Assembly (NCBI GenBank): GCA_964270895.1
Contig: OZ185438.1
DNA length: 64,000 nt
Reading direction: 5' to 3' (one strand)
Origin: Podarcis filfolensis
Lineage: Eukaryota
A program made the translations under genes and the position numbers. Each line of letters starts with the position of its first letter. Position 1 is the stretch's first letter. Shown piece after piece: positions 11,917 through 23,720 of this stretch. A model generated the notes under the pieces. That model saw only the letters and a list, made by a program, of their open reading frames with translations, was not told where the DNA came from and did no database searches.

Positions 11917-13302
11917 TATATATGGAGTCTTATTATGAACTGTTATGTAGTCAAACAACTAAATGATTTACGTGGGTGATTTAACATATAACCTATAAAC
12001 AAATTGGATTTGTATGTTTTTTAAAACCATTCCTCATATACACTGATGGCTGTGACCTCCAGCAATAATTCATTAATATGGCATAAGCCACTTTAAAATA
12101 GAAAGTTAATGTAATGCATGACCTGGGACTTTATTCCTTTCACCAGGCTTAGCCCTTTAAGAGGGAGACTGCAAAATAATCGACATATTATTCCAGAGTG
12201 CCAAGAAGTGTTGCCTCCACCTGCCCTTTGATTAGGAAAGAGACAGCAGTACGCTTGACCAGCAAGAAGGATATAAAACCATACTCAGTGTGTGTGTGTG
12301 TGCGCGCGCATGCATGTCCATGTGTGCTTATTTGCATGCCCACAGGTAAGTGGCAGGTCAGAATGCTTCCACAGGCATAAAAGAAAATCACATATAATTT
12401 AAGAAACCCACTTTGTGACAGATAAAAGGAGAGGATTGCTTTGCCAGCTCAACTATAATGAACGCCAGCATGGCTGCCACACTTATAATTATTAATTTAT
12501 TGGAAGCTGTCAGCTACGCCTTTGCAAAACATCTCAGAAATAAAACTAGTGCACCTTCAGCATTCTAGCTGTTCACAGCAGAAAAGATATTAGTTTCCTC
12601 ACAATGATATATGCAAAGAGAGAAAACTAGCAAAATGAAGAAACAGGATTGCAACTGGTCATTGTTATGCCTTGGGCTTGCTTAACTACCTTTGACGTCT
12701 CCACATCCCCACCCTTCAATTTTTTGAGAAAAATTAAAAATGTCAATTGCAATTCTACAATTCTAGCACACTGCATTTTTGTTCTGACCTTCGTATGAAC
12801 TTTTAAGACAGAAAGCAGGCAGTGTCTAATCCCTGCCAAGCAGTAAATAGCATGACCATTTTGCCTCACACTCAGTCAAAAGCACAAACAACTTTTCTTC
12901 CTCAGCCTCTACAATGCCAACCATTCCCACCAAGAATTACGCCCTGGATGGCTGCACCTGTCACCTTGCCCTACAGAAAAAGCTACAGAATTATTTCTGA
13001 GGGGATACCATCTTTCAGTCACAAGGCAACATGATGCTATCATGAAAGTATTTCAGAATAACAGCTCTTTGTCAGGCTATATATACATGCTGGAATTTAA
13101 GCAAGTTAATAGGGATATTTAAAAAATAATAATAAAACTGGTAAAACATTTACTAGTTTTATACCTGTTTTATAATTTTAGTTGTATTTTATGGTTGTGT
13201 TTTGTATATTGTTTTGTATATTGTTTAATTTTATATGATTTGGAAACTGCTCCGTAATTCTTCTGAGATGAATGGTGGCCTTAAAAATTGTTAAGTAGCA
13301 AT

Positions 13303-13440
13303 GGATAGCTCAGTCAGTAGAGCATGAGACTCTTAATCTCATAGTTGTGGGTTCGAACCCCACACTGGGCACAAAGGTTTCTGCATCGAGGGGGTTGGAC
13401 TAGATGACCCTCATGTTCCCGTCCAACTCTACAATTCTAT
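13303..13440 (+). mobile_element. tRNA-Lys(CTT)-derived SINE with CR1-type tail
   Basis: Head ggatagctcagtcagtagagcatgagactcttaatctc…ggttcgaacccc, then gggggttggactagatgaccctc…ccaactctacaattctat. Confidence 0.8.
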
Positions 13441-14724
13441 AGTAGTAGTAGTAGTAACAACAGTGTGATATTTCACAGAAGGAACAAGATCTACAGACTG
13501 AGGAAAAACGAAAAACATTCAGGCCTAGAAATATTGTGTAAATTAATGTTCATGCAAAAGCTGATCGTTTATTTAAACTTCTCTATATCCCCCTTCATTT
13601 TAATCATAACATAAATGTAACAACAAACAAGTAAACCCTGTAATAATTAAGACAGGGACTCAAATTCAAACTCAAAGCCACATCTCTGTGGAACTCCTAG
13701 CAAAGATACAGACTGTGGAAGATTCCAAAGTCCAATGTGTTTAGTATGCAGTATTCCCTATCCTGAAGTAGGGTTGCTGCTGCTAGGCCATAAACTATCT
13801 GTATCTTTAACTCCTGTGATGTACCAGCAAGACTACGCTTCTCCCACCTGCTCCCCCTATGGTCAACATTATTCACCTCTTTTGTGCCTGCTATAACAAG
13901 GAAAACTCCAGCTTATAGAGCAAATGTAGGGATGTGCATGGGTCCCAAGATTCATTTTATATATATTCTGTGTGCATTAAAAAAAAATTCTGTGCTGCTC
14001 TGAGGTCTCTGTTTTTATCTGTGTTTTGGGTTACAAGCAACTCTATAAAACAAAGGTCTGTGGTCTCCCAGTTACTGTAATGGGAAATCTAAAAACAGCT
14101 GTAATATCTTCCCCCTTTTGGCCAAAATGGGTGACATTTACAGGCATAGGAGCCTCTCCAGAGTGGATTAAGCCTGCAAAATTTGAGACAAATAGTTCCA
14201 GGAATTGTTTTCAGGGGAAGTAAAAGGGATTCATTTTCCTTTCCTATTGGATGTATGTGCGTGTCTTCCTTACTTTCAAATAATTAAGAAGTGGCTGAGA
14301 GGTACATATTCTTGCTTTTAATTTTAAAACTTTGCAGCTTCACACCAGCTTTTCTTTCTGATGGTTGTCTGTGTCCTCCCATAAGCCTTTACAGGTCTCT
14401 CAATAGGTCTTAGAACAGGAGGCTATCTAGAATGCTGCCTGAGAAGTTCTGGTTTTGTTTGTTGGGGTTTTTAAAATCATAGCAATGTAGGATTTTAAAG
14501 AAACTTAATTCATTTTTTTTAATCCTCTGCTATCTGCTATTGTGCTTAAAATAAATAAATTCAGAACTCTGCAGACAACATTTTGGACAGTCTCACTTGT
14601 TGCACATTTCAGAGACCTAGAGAAACAGAGATATCTAGGCACAGAGCTGAGCTATGTGACACAGAAAAGCACAGAAATAGAGCAACAGGGTGACATGAGG
14701 CTTTGTGTGGGACCTGGTCTGACT

Positions 14725-14893
14725 TGGACGGTCTTCCGTGCTCCAGTAGTGGTTTGGTCATGCTGGCCACATGCCCCAGAAAGCTGTCTGTGGACAAACG
14801 CTGGCTCCCTGGCCTGTAAAGCGAGATGAGCGCTGCACCCCATAGTTGCCTTTGATTGGACTCAACCGTCCAGGGGTCCTTTACCTTTACCTT
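14725..14893 (+). mobile_element. Sauria SINE, 5'-truncated
   Basis: Matches the 3' half of the full copies (gtcatgctggccacatg…gcgagatgagcgctgcacccc) and the (ACCTTT)n tail. Confidence 0.8.
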
Positions 14894-14894
14894 A

Positions 14895-15104
14895 CATATT
14901 ATTATTCCACCTTTATCTTCCAAGGATATCCAGGTGGTGTACATGGTTCTTCTCTTCCCTATTTCATTCTCACAACAACCCTGTGAGGTAGGCTAAGTGA
15001 TGGTGACTGGCCCAAGGTCACCCAGTGAGCTTCATGGCTGAGTGGGTACTGGAACCCTGTGCTCCCAGGTCCTAGTCCAACACTCTAACCATTACGCCAC
15101 ACTG
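14895..15104 (-). mobile_element. tRNA-derived CORE/MIR-like SINE (Squam3-like, tentative name)
   Basis: Minus strand cagtgtggcgtaatggttagagtgttggactagg…gtgaccttgggccagtcacc…cctacctcacagggttgttgtgagaat. Confidence 0.75.
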
Positions 15105-15466
15105 CCTGGTTTTTGTTTTTTACACAGAATCCCAGCAGCTGCACCCTACTCCTTCTGTTACTATGCTTTTGTGGTGAAAAGTTAACTCCTTAGCAGTTCT
15201 AGCTCTTGATGGCCCAGTGCCCTCACTGGATCCATAACCACCAAGGGGACATCTGGCAAGCTCAGCTTACATCCACTCTTGTAGCTTTGGGGGAGATGTA
15301 AAGAAAAATGGCAGTGGTGGGCAGCACAAACAGGTGTTGCCGCTACACCATGGCTTTCTATGCTGTTGCTGCAGCAGCCTCTCTGGAGTTGTGTGGGAGC
15401 CTCCCAGACTGCATACTTAGGTACCATAATCCAGCCCTAATGGTACCAATGTATATAAATGATATT

Positions 15467-16640
15467 CATTTATAAATGTTATCACTCCAGCTCTATTCAT
15501 TATTTTCATTGCCATGATCTTACACTTTGTTGAAGGGAAACTCCCCACCGGAGTAGAAATCATATACCAAACAGATGGAAAGCTCTTTAATCTGTGTAGG
15601 CTGAAAGCAAAGAGTAAGGCTACCATACCTTCCGTCATAGAGCTTCAGTATTCTGATGACAACATAGTGTGTGCATGCTCAGAGGATGATCTCCAAACCA
15701 TCCTAAATATCTTCGCAGAAGCTTTCGAAAAGCTTGGCCTATTGCTCAACATCCCAAAAACCAAGTGCTGCACCAAGCACAAAACAACCCCTATGCAGCA
15801 CCACAAATCCAACTCAATTGTGTAACATTGGGAGGTGTTGTTCATTTTTCCTACCTGGGCAGTTATCTTTCCACAAGGGCCGACTTTAATGTTGAAATCC
15901 AGCATCGCCTGAACTTTGTGAGTGCAGCTTTCTCCTGATTGAAGTGCAGAGTGTTTGAGGACCAGGACATTCGCAGGGAAGCCAAAATGCTTGTTTACAA
16001 AGCTATTGTACTACCAACCTTACTGTATGATTGTGAAGCATGGACCACTTATAAACACCATCTCCAACTTCTCGAAAGATTCCATCAATGGTGTCTCTGA
16101 AAAAATTTACACATCAATTGGGAAGACAAGCAAACTAATGTGTACTGGAAGAAGCAAAGATTACCAGTGTTAAAGCAATGATTCTTCAACATCAACTTTG
16201 TTGGACTGGTCATGTTGTTTGGATGCCTGATTATCATCTTCCAAAGCAACTATTCCAAACTTAAAAATGGAAAGTGTGATGCTGGTGGTCAACAAAAGAG
16301 GTTTAAAGACTCTCTCAAATCAAATTTTTAGAAATGTAGTATAAACACTGACAATTGGGAAACACTGGCCTGCGAGTGCTCCAATTGGATAAAAGCTTTT
16401 ACGAAAGGTGTCACAAAGTTTGAAGCTCAAACTCAGGACGAAAGGGAGAAATATGCTAAAAAGAAGGCACGCTTGGCAAACCCTCACCAGGATCACCTCC
16501 CACCTGGAAACCTATGTCTCCACTGTGGAAGGATGTGTGGATCCAGAACTGGCCTCCACAGTCACTTACAGACTCCCTGTTAAAACCATCTTCATGAAAG
16601 ACAATCTTACCCGGCTACAAGCAGTCACCAAAGAAGAAGA
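15467..16640 (+). mobile_element. 5'-truncated, degenerate RTE-clade LINE
   Basis: RT motifs VITPALFIIFI…GVEIIYQTDGKLFNLCRLKAK…ELQYSDD with frameshifts; (GAA)n tail; flanked by a 54-bp direct repeat (15413-15466, 16641-16694). Confidence 0.9.
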
Positions 16641-17228
16641 ATACCTAGGTCCTATAATCCAGCCCTAATGGTACCAATGTATATAAATGATATTTGGCTA
16701 TCAAATTTCATTTTGCACATCCGGCTAGGCAAGCTGGATGTAGATTGGGTTACTAATCTGTTCACAACAGATTGTCCTGATTTTAAAATGAGATCCACTT
16801 TTAATATTACTCATAAATAAGATTTTTTTTCCAGAACAACAGTCTGATAATAACTGACAGCATCACAAATATAAAGAGAGTGCTTTATGGGGAAGCATAG
16901 AACTGATTGATAGGCCATGTGACTCTACATATGGAAATAAATTCTATTACTAAACAGCAACAGATTGCCAAAGTCATGAAATTTTATTTCTAACATTAAC
17001 ACGGACTTAGATGCCATTGTCAATATAAATGTTAAATGTACAGCTTAACACACTGTCATTAGGATATTTATCAGTTAAACAGAACATTCCAAACTAGTCA
17101 AAATAATGTTCAAGAGTGTACAAATTGTTATGAAAGTGCCTTAAATTATTTTAAAATTGACTTGCATAAAATTACTTTACTGTATAAGACAGAAACTGCA
17201 ATATATTGTACACTTACAGGGAGTGTCA

Positions 17229-17586
17229 GACGCAGGTGGCGCTGTGGTCTAAACCACAGAGCTTAGGGCTTGCCAATCAGAAGGTCGGCAGTTCGAATCC
17301 CCATGACGGGGTGAGCTCCCGTTGTTCAGTCCCAGCTCCTGCCCACCTAACAGTTTGAAAGCACGTCAAGTGCAAGTAGATAAATAGGTACTGCTCCAGT
17401 GAGAAGGTAAACGGCGTTTCCGTGCGCTGCTCTGGTTTGCCAGAAGTGGCTTAGTCATGCTGGCCGCATGACCTGGAAGCTGTCTGCGGACAAACACCTG
17501 CTCCCTCAGCCTATAAAGCAAGATGAGCACGCAACCCCAGAGTCGTCCATGACTGGACCTAACAGTCAGGGGGTACCTTTACCTTT
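17229..17586 (+). mobile_element. Full-length Sauria SINE
   Basis: tRNA-like head ggtggcgctgtggtctaaacc…ttcgaatccc, ACCTTT tail, perfect 15-bp TSD ttacagggagtgtca (17214-17228, 17587-17601). Confidence 0.92.
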
Positions 17587-17776
17587 TTACAGGGAGTGTC
17601 ACTAAACACTGCAATACTCTTTTAAGTATATATTCATAATATAGTGTTAAAAGGATACAAGCCTTCAATAGAGCTCTAAGGGAGCTGTAGCCTATAAGGT
17701 GGCATTTCAATACCCACTAGCTGTTAGTTATACTTTCAAAAACAAAACACTCCCCTCCAAAACTGAGCAACTTAAG

Positions 17777-18284
17777 CAGGACCGTCTTAAGCATATGTGG
17801 TGCCGGGGTGCAAAGATCCACCCAGCGCCCTGCCCCGGTTGCCCAGAGTTGTCAACCTTTTTTTTAAGGGGGGGAACCCCAAAATTGTTGTCCTTTTTTA
17901 GGATGGGCCAGCAAGGAGCGCATGGAAGAGGAGCCTGAGGCGGAGGCAGAGGCGGCAGGAGCAGAACAAGGCCGGCACTAGGTGCCGGGGGGGCAAGCAG
18001 AGCCCAGCACAACAACAGTCAAGCCTAAGGCGGAGGCGGAGGTGACGGCAACTGAGCGAAACCAGGCGCCCCGTGTGAGCAGTGTGCACTGGGCGGGCCT
18101 CTCAACAGCCCGTCAATCACAGGCGTGCAGGAGGATGGAGCCAGCCAGCTGCCTCAGTGCCTCGCTTGCCCGCAGCAGAAGAGCTGTGGTGCTCCAAAGG
18201 GCTCTGCTCCGCTCAGCACCGGCTGTCGGCTCTTCCCAATCCCCAGACTCCAAATCTCAGCCCCGGACTCTCGGCCTGGCTCTG
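17777..18284. mobile_element. GC-rich hAT-type non-autonomous element, 508 bp
   Basis: Perfect 8-bp TSD aacttaag (17769-17776, 18285-18292); CAG…CTG termini with weak TIR. Confidence 0.75.
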
Positions 18285-19329
18285 AACTTAAGATGCCTTT
18301 TGTAAACTACTGTTATTTCTGTTTCACTTAACTTTGAAGCACAGTTCACCAACCTGAAATGCCAGCTTTTTTCTGTCTTTTTCTCAAGAGTGATTATTGA
18401 CCCTAGGGTCCTTTCAATCAGTGTCCAGAATCCCACAAACAGTCCAGAAAATCGGAGATATTTAACCAAGTCTTTTGGAAACGTTTTTCTATGGAAGCTA
18501 AAAAAAAAAAAAAGGCTAGCAGCTTTATAGATCTGTTTAGTACAACTGTAAAATAAAGCTAGGGACTCAGGTTCTGATTAACAAAGGGAGCCTGACTCCA
18601 CATTAATAGCAATGGGTTACACCTAATACAGTTACGGAAACAAAGTGTATAAAAGAAAAGTAAATCAAATTGTACCCAAAGAGTAAAAATGCAGAGCTGG
18701 AAACAGGTATTATTTTAAAAGCATTAGGACAGATGCAGGATCATGACTTCCTTGGGCAATGGAATGGAAAGTAAAAACCAAGTGGAAAGGCTCAGAGTGA
18801 TGTATTCTTCATATCAGGCAGGTTGGCAAGTCAAAAGCAATAAGGAATATCATCTGAACATGAGCAACTATGGCACCATTGATGACCTCAAATTGTCCTC
18901 CGCTAACAGTAGCTTACCAGCAGGCAGTGTGATGAGAGTATTGAGTTTATCTTCAGATTGCAACTATTGAGATTTGGGCTCTAACCACATGAGTCTCACA
19001 TCAATGAGCAGAGTGGATGAAAGTTCACGACTTGTCCCAAGGGAAAATGACACACACACACAATATTTTAGAGATGCCATCTCTCTTTATACTGCCTGAA
19101 TCAATAAAAATGCATATTGCCAAATGCATTGTTTGATTATTTAATATATTTTGCACCGCTACACAGGGCACACCTTCACAAGGCAGCTTACAAGAGAAAC
19201 AAATCAACTGACAAAATTTATAATATAATAAAATAGCCTCAGATGAAATCATATACCAGAGGCAAGCAAAAAATGAAAAACCAGTAAGAAGCTTGGTGGG
19301 ACAGAGAAGTATTTAATCTTTAGGGCTAC

Positions 19330-19620
19330 TTAAAACCTGTGAGAGAAAGGGCCAAACAGATTTCTCAGGAGCAGGAACCTCACAAGAGTGTGGGCACCAA
19401 TAAAAACTCCCTGTCCCTGGCAGCAGTCAACCTGATCAACTTTAGCGGGTGGCTCAAGTTCAGGATTTCTGAGGCAGAACTCAGAGACTGGACAGGTTCA
19501 TATGGGTATAGGTAGCCCTCCATCCAAACCATTAAGCACTTCAAAAGTTTAACAACAGCACTTCAAACGGAGCCTGGAAACAAATGGATAACCAATGTAA
19601 CTAATGGAAAAGTGTTATGA
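19330..19620 (-). mobile_element. Degenerate L2 fragment
   Basis: …aacaacagcacttcaaacggagcctggaaacaaatggataaccaatg resembles the reverse complement of the L2 ORF2 end seen at 54830-55010. Confidence 0.45.
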
Positions 19621-20083
19621 TATGATCAATCCACCAAGTTCCTACAAGCCTTCTGGTAGAAGTTTGGATCAGTTGAACCTTCCACACTTTCTCTTCAAAG
19701 ACAGTTCTACACAGAGAACATTGCAGTACAGTATGGCCATGTCTTATGCACATTTAACTATATGCAGTTGAAGGTCAGCTGGTTGAAATCCTGCAGGTTA
19801 AATGAAGAGCCATTTGCACAGAGTGTCTTCCTGCCATGGAAAGAGTTTTGAGTTCTGTGCCTTGCTTACCAGGCTCTGGGAAGGCTTCACACCAGCTCTG
19901 GAATCTCACAGGACCCTCCCAGAGCTGGTGTGAGAGCTCCCAGAACCCAGTAAGCAAGGTGGATAGCTTAAGAGCTCCAGTTGGCATGCTGGCTCCAGAA
20001 AGAGAGGGATAGCTGTGTCAAGCTGCAACCTGGGGTTATTCTGGCTGCATGCAATTTTAGCTTTGGGTACAATCCCCAGATGT

Positions 20084-20446
20084 GGGACGCGGGTGGCGCT
20101 GTGGGTAAAACCTCAGCGCCTAGGACTTGCCGATCACATGGTCGGCAGTTCGAATCCCCGCGGCGGGGTGCGCTCCCATCTTTCGGTCCCAGCGCCTGCC
20201 AACCTAGCAGTTCGAAAGCACCTCCGGGTGCAAGTAGATAAATAGGGACCGCTTACCAGCGGGAAGGTAAACGGCGTTCCGTGTGCTGTGCTGGCTTGCC
20301 AGATGCAGCTTGTCACGCTGGCCACGTGACCCGGAAGTGTCTGCGGACAGCGCTGGCTCCCGGCCTATAGAGTGAGATGAGTGCACAACCCTAGAGTCTG
20401 GCAAGACTGGCCCGTACGGGCAGGGGTACCTTTACCTTTACCTTTT
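20084..20446 (+). mobile_element. Full-length, CpG-rich (young) Sauria SINE
   Basis: gggacgcgggtggcgctgtgggtaaaacc…(ACCTTT)n; 13-bp TSD tacaatccccaga (20068-20080, 20447-20459). Confidence 0.93.
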
Positions 20447-22686
20447 TACAATCCCCAGAACCTAACCACAGGAAAAGTCACAAGTCGACTGTACCTACTT
20501 ATTTTCCCACTCCTCTGGGTGAACTGGTAATCACTGAGTTTATTGCAATATTTAAATATTTTACTAGTCTTTTAGCTTTGTTGGATTTTGATACATATCA
20601 TGTATTGTGATTTTAACCGGCCTTGAAATTCTTTTTTGAATGGAAAGGAACTAGAAATATTTTAAATAAATAAATGATAAATTACGCCAATCCTCATCCT
20701 CTTTTTTTTTTTTTTTTTTTGGTGATGAAATATGCTTCCAATGGATTGTAACAGAAATCTACATTTCCTTAATAGTTAAGGATCCCAGTTAAATGCAATT
20801 TGTCTTTTTCAAGTTGAGTTTTCTAATATATTCTGTCTTTTGTTCCTTGGTTTTCCTTCCTACTTCATTGTGCTGGGTATCACACTGAATACCTCGAGTT
20901 AGCCATTGGCGCTTACAAACTTCTGAAATTTACCCCCAAGATCCCAACGGACAACACAGTCATATTATCTGGAAAATCTCTCTGTCAGCAGAAAACAATT
21001 TTCACTTTAAAATATATAAATATTTGGCATACGCACAGCTTAAGGATGAAATGTTAAGAGCAACCCTCAGTTTTTGTTTTCAATCCCTCCACCACCATTA
21101 TCCATTCTGTTTCCTGGCTTTCATCACGTGGCACACCCAATCCACTTTTGACGAATTCCTTATCCTTTTCATATTTGCAAGTATTCAAGGTTCCAAGAAA
21201 GCCTAATTTATAACATGGAGGAGGTTGCAGATTTCTGGCACATGCAGTTGTGCAGATGTTATTCCTTAAGGAAGTCTATCTTGATTGCCTGTGTGAATAA
21301 TGGCTCAGAGCTGGCATAGTGCCAAGAGTTCTCTCATAGCTGAATGTATAAAACTACTCTCCTACTGAAAGAAGGCCCCCAGTAGGATAATATATTATTA
21401 CGCATGATTCAAATTACAGGATCTGCAGCAGGGGAGCTAGTGGCTGAATAAGGACAAGCACACACGGAATACTGATGATGGCATGATGGAATCCATCATG
21501 CATTGAAAGAAGCATCGTTTTAGCATTTAAATCCTCTGTATTCTTTTCAAAGTGACTATACTGATGATTACACAGATGAACGTAATAAACTAATCATGCC
21601 TATTTGTGTTTCTTAAAAAAAAATACATCAAAGACGAGTTCCTGCAGTATTTTTATTTTGAAATAAAGCTGTGCTTCTTACTGAGTACTTGAAGCCCACG
21701 AGCTATAATTCAATAAGACAATATTAAATTCGTCTCCTATCTGATCCTGTTCCAGCGATTAGGATACTGTAGAACAAAACTTGTTTCATTCGGTTATGTG
21801 GTCTGAAATCTCTGCGTTCCACAGTATTCTGGGCTGTTTTTAAGTCACTTGCACAACAAATTACTTTACCCACAAAGAACTAAACCCACATGTTTGACAC
21901 ATTATTTGCTTGCCAAGCGTTTTCCTTTTATAAAGAAGCACTGTTCATGAAACAATGCATAAAAAAGGAAGGGAGCAGAAAGAAGGGAGGTATTTAGCAC
22001 CATTGTTTGCTTGCAGAAAAAGTCTCATCCAGCGAAAGAGCTATTATTTGGGGGATTAATATGCAAGTGTTAAACACAAAAAAACTATAACCAGTGACGG
22101 AGTCTATATATTGCTTTGCTCAAAATAGCCTCAAGCCAGCTCTCATCTTAACTTCTTTTCACACACTCTTGTATTCAGTTATTCTGGCAAAAGGGATGCT
22201 AATCAGGTGCTTTGTGCAGGGGGCGAGAGGAGTGGGAATGAAATTTGTTCAGAAATGACCTCAATCCTTTTCATTAATAAAATCACATCTAGGCAGAAAA
22301 GTGGCAGAAAATTAAATGCAGCACGAACATGGTTCAGATGTGACATATACTTGCAAGAAAAGAGAATAGAATGTGAAGAGATTTTGCAGCATAATAAGTC
22401 TGGAAGCATTCAGAGAAATGCTTAAGTGCAGAGCGATCTTATGCTGCAGCAACCTCTTTACCCCATGTTACCTTCCCAAGTCTTGAAAGAATGTTGTAAT
22501 GGAGGAAAGGTTTTTGATGCACACAATATGAAGCAATAGATCCCTATTATTAGAGAAGTAAAGCTGTTTTAAAAGCTACATAAGGCCAAAAAAAACCCAA
22601 CACAAGTGAAATAGTGCCCATGGTTATCAACACCTCCCTCCTCCTGAGACAACAGAGAGTTAAAGCACGCACACACACACACACAC

Positions 22687-22910
22687 CTCACAGCATCTGG
22701 GAAAATGCAGCCACCATTTTGCATAGTGATTCAAATTATGCTGGCAAAATAATTAATTGAGCGACCTAATCTCAGGGAGGGGGGGAGAAAAAGGATACAT
22801 TAAATAAAGTTCATTACTGCATGATGTAAATGAGTTTCTCACCAATGATGTCACTGATTGGCTGAGATGTGGAGCTGGTTTCGAACAGTGCAGCTTGGCC
22901 GGATTGGCTG
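22687..22910 (-). promoter_or_regulatory. Promoter P2 (three CCAAT boxes, TATA-like element, YY1-like site)
   Basis: GATTGGCTG twice (22856-22864, 22902-22910), CCAAT at 22842-22846, TGATGTCA at 22846-22853, minus TATTTAAT at 22806-22799, minus AAAATGGTGGC at 22720-22710, donor-like GAG|GTGTGT at 22687/22686. Confidence 0.5.
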
Positions 22911-23358
22911 CTAGCTCTTCTGGTTACTGCCTGCTTGGGCAGCGCTTGAACCAGACACTTTTCTGCCTCTCTTGTTGTCGTATGAAGCAAATCATGTTCA
23001 GCCCAGCTGTGTCTCCATAGTAGTGGCACCCTAAGAGATTCTCCCTCTTGCTTCCCACAGCTCATCTGTAAGGCGGTCGCTGCTGTGAAATACCAGCCTT
23101 TGGCACGGAGCCCAGACTACGTTGTTAGATCCGTCTATAATACAGAAAAGACATTTTTTAAAAAAGCAGTTCTTTCACCAAATTGCATCCTAAGAAGGAT
23201 TAATAACCCCCGATTGCAGCTGGTTTGTATAGTTTGAAATTATGTCGCTCAGAAACTTTCTAAAATACAGGAGGTGACCTATAGCAAATGAGAGTAACGT
23301 TGGCTCTCTGAGAAATAAAGGCAGGAAGAAAAAGCAAGCAAGACGCTTCTTTGTTTAC

Positions 23359-23720
23359 CTTGATTACAAAATTCTTCATTTCACTCTAAGGACTGTGACC
23401 GATTTCTTGGCACAGACCCAACCCTTTTGATATTTTTTTTTAAAGAAAAAAAGAGCTAAAGCGCTGGGGTTTTTTTCCTATTTGCATCCGTGTAATTTTT
23501 CTATTTAAGACAAGGGATCTTAATTAGTATTCTGTTTAAGTATGCAAACTGAAGCGGGGCCATGATACCAAACGAAACGAAACACAAAAAAAATCTGTAT
23601 TGTAAGAGAAAGGAGGGGGGGGAAATCTGTGCAGCTTTTACAGTTCAGCTGTCTGACTCTCTGGGAAGGAGAAGGGGGGAAAATGCAGTGATATCAACTT
23701 TGCCAGACAATGGAGTACCT
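23359..23720 (-). ncRNA. Candidate non-coding first exon from P1
   Basis: Runs from the predicted start to the donor CAAG|GTAAAC at 23359/23358; no convincing ORF. Inference only. Confidence 0.35.

Noticed and set aside
13303-13375. tRNA-Lys-like sequence (and tRNA-Ile-like at 2813) as tRNA genes
   Set aside because: Acceptor stems are broken, and both run straight into CR1-derived tails; they are SINE heads.
22814-23065. 83-aa minus-strand ORF across the P2 module
   Set aside because: No recognisable homology, and it overlaps the CCAAT boxes; better explained as regulatory DNA. Ribo-seq or PhyloCSF would be needed to revive it.
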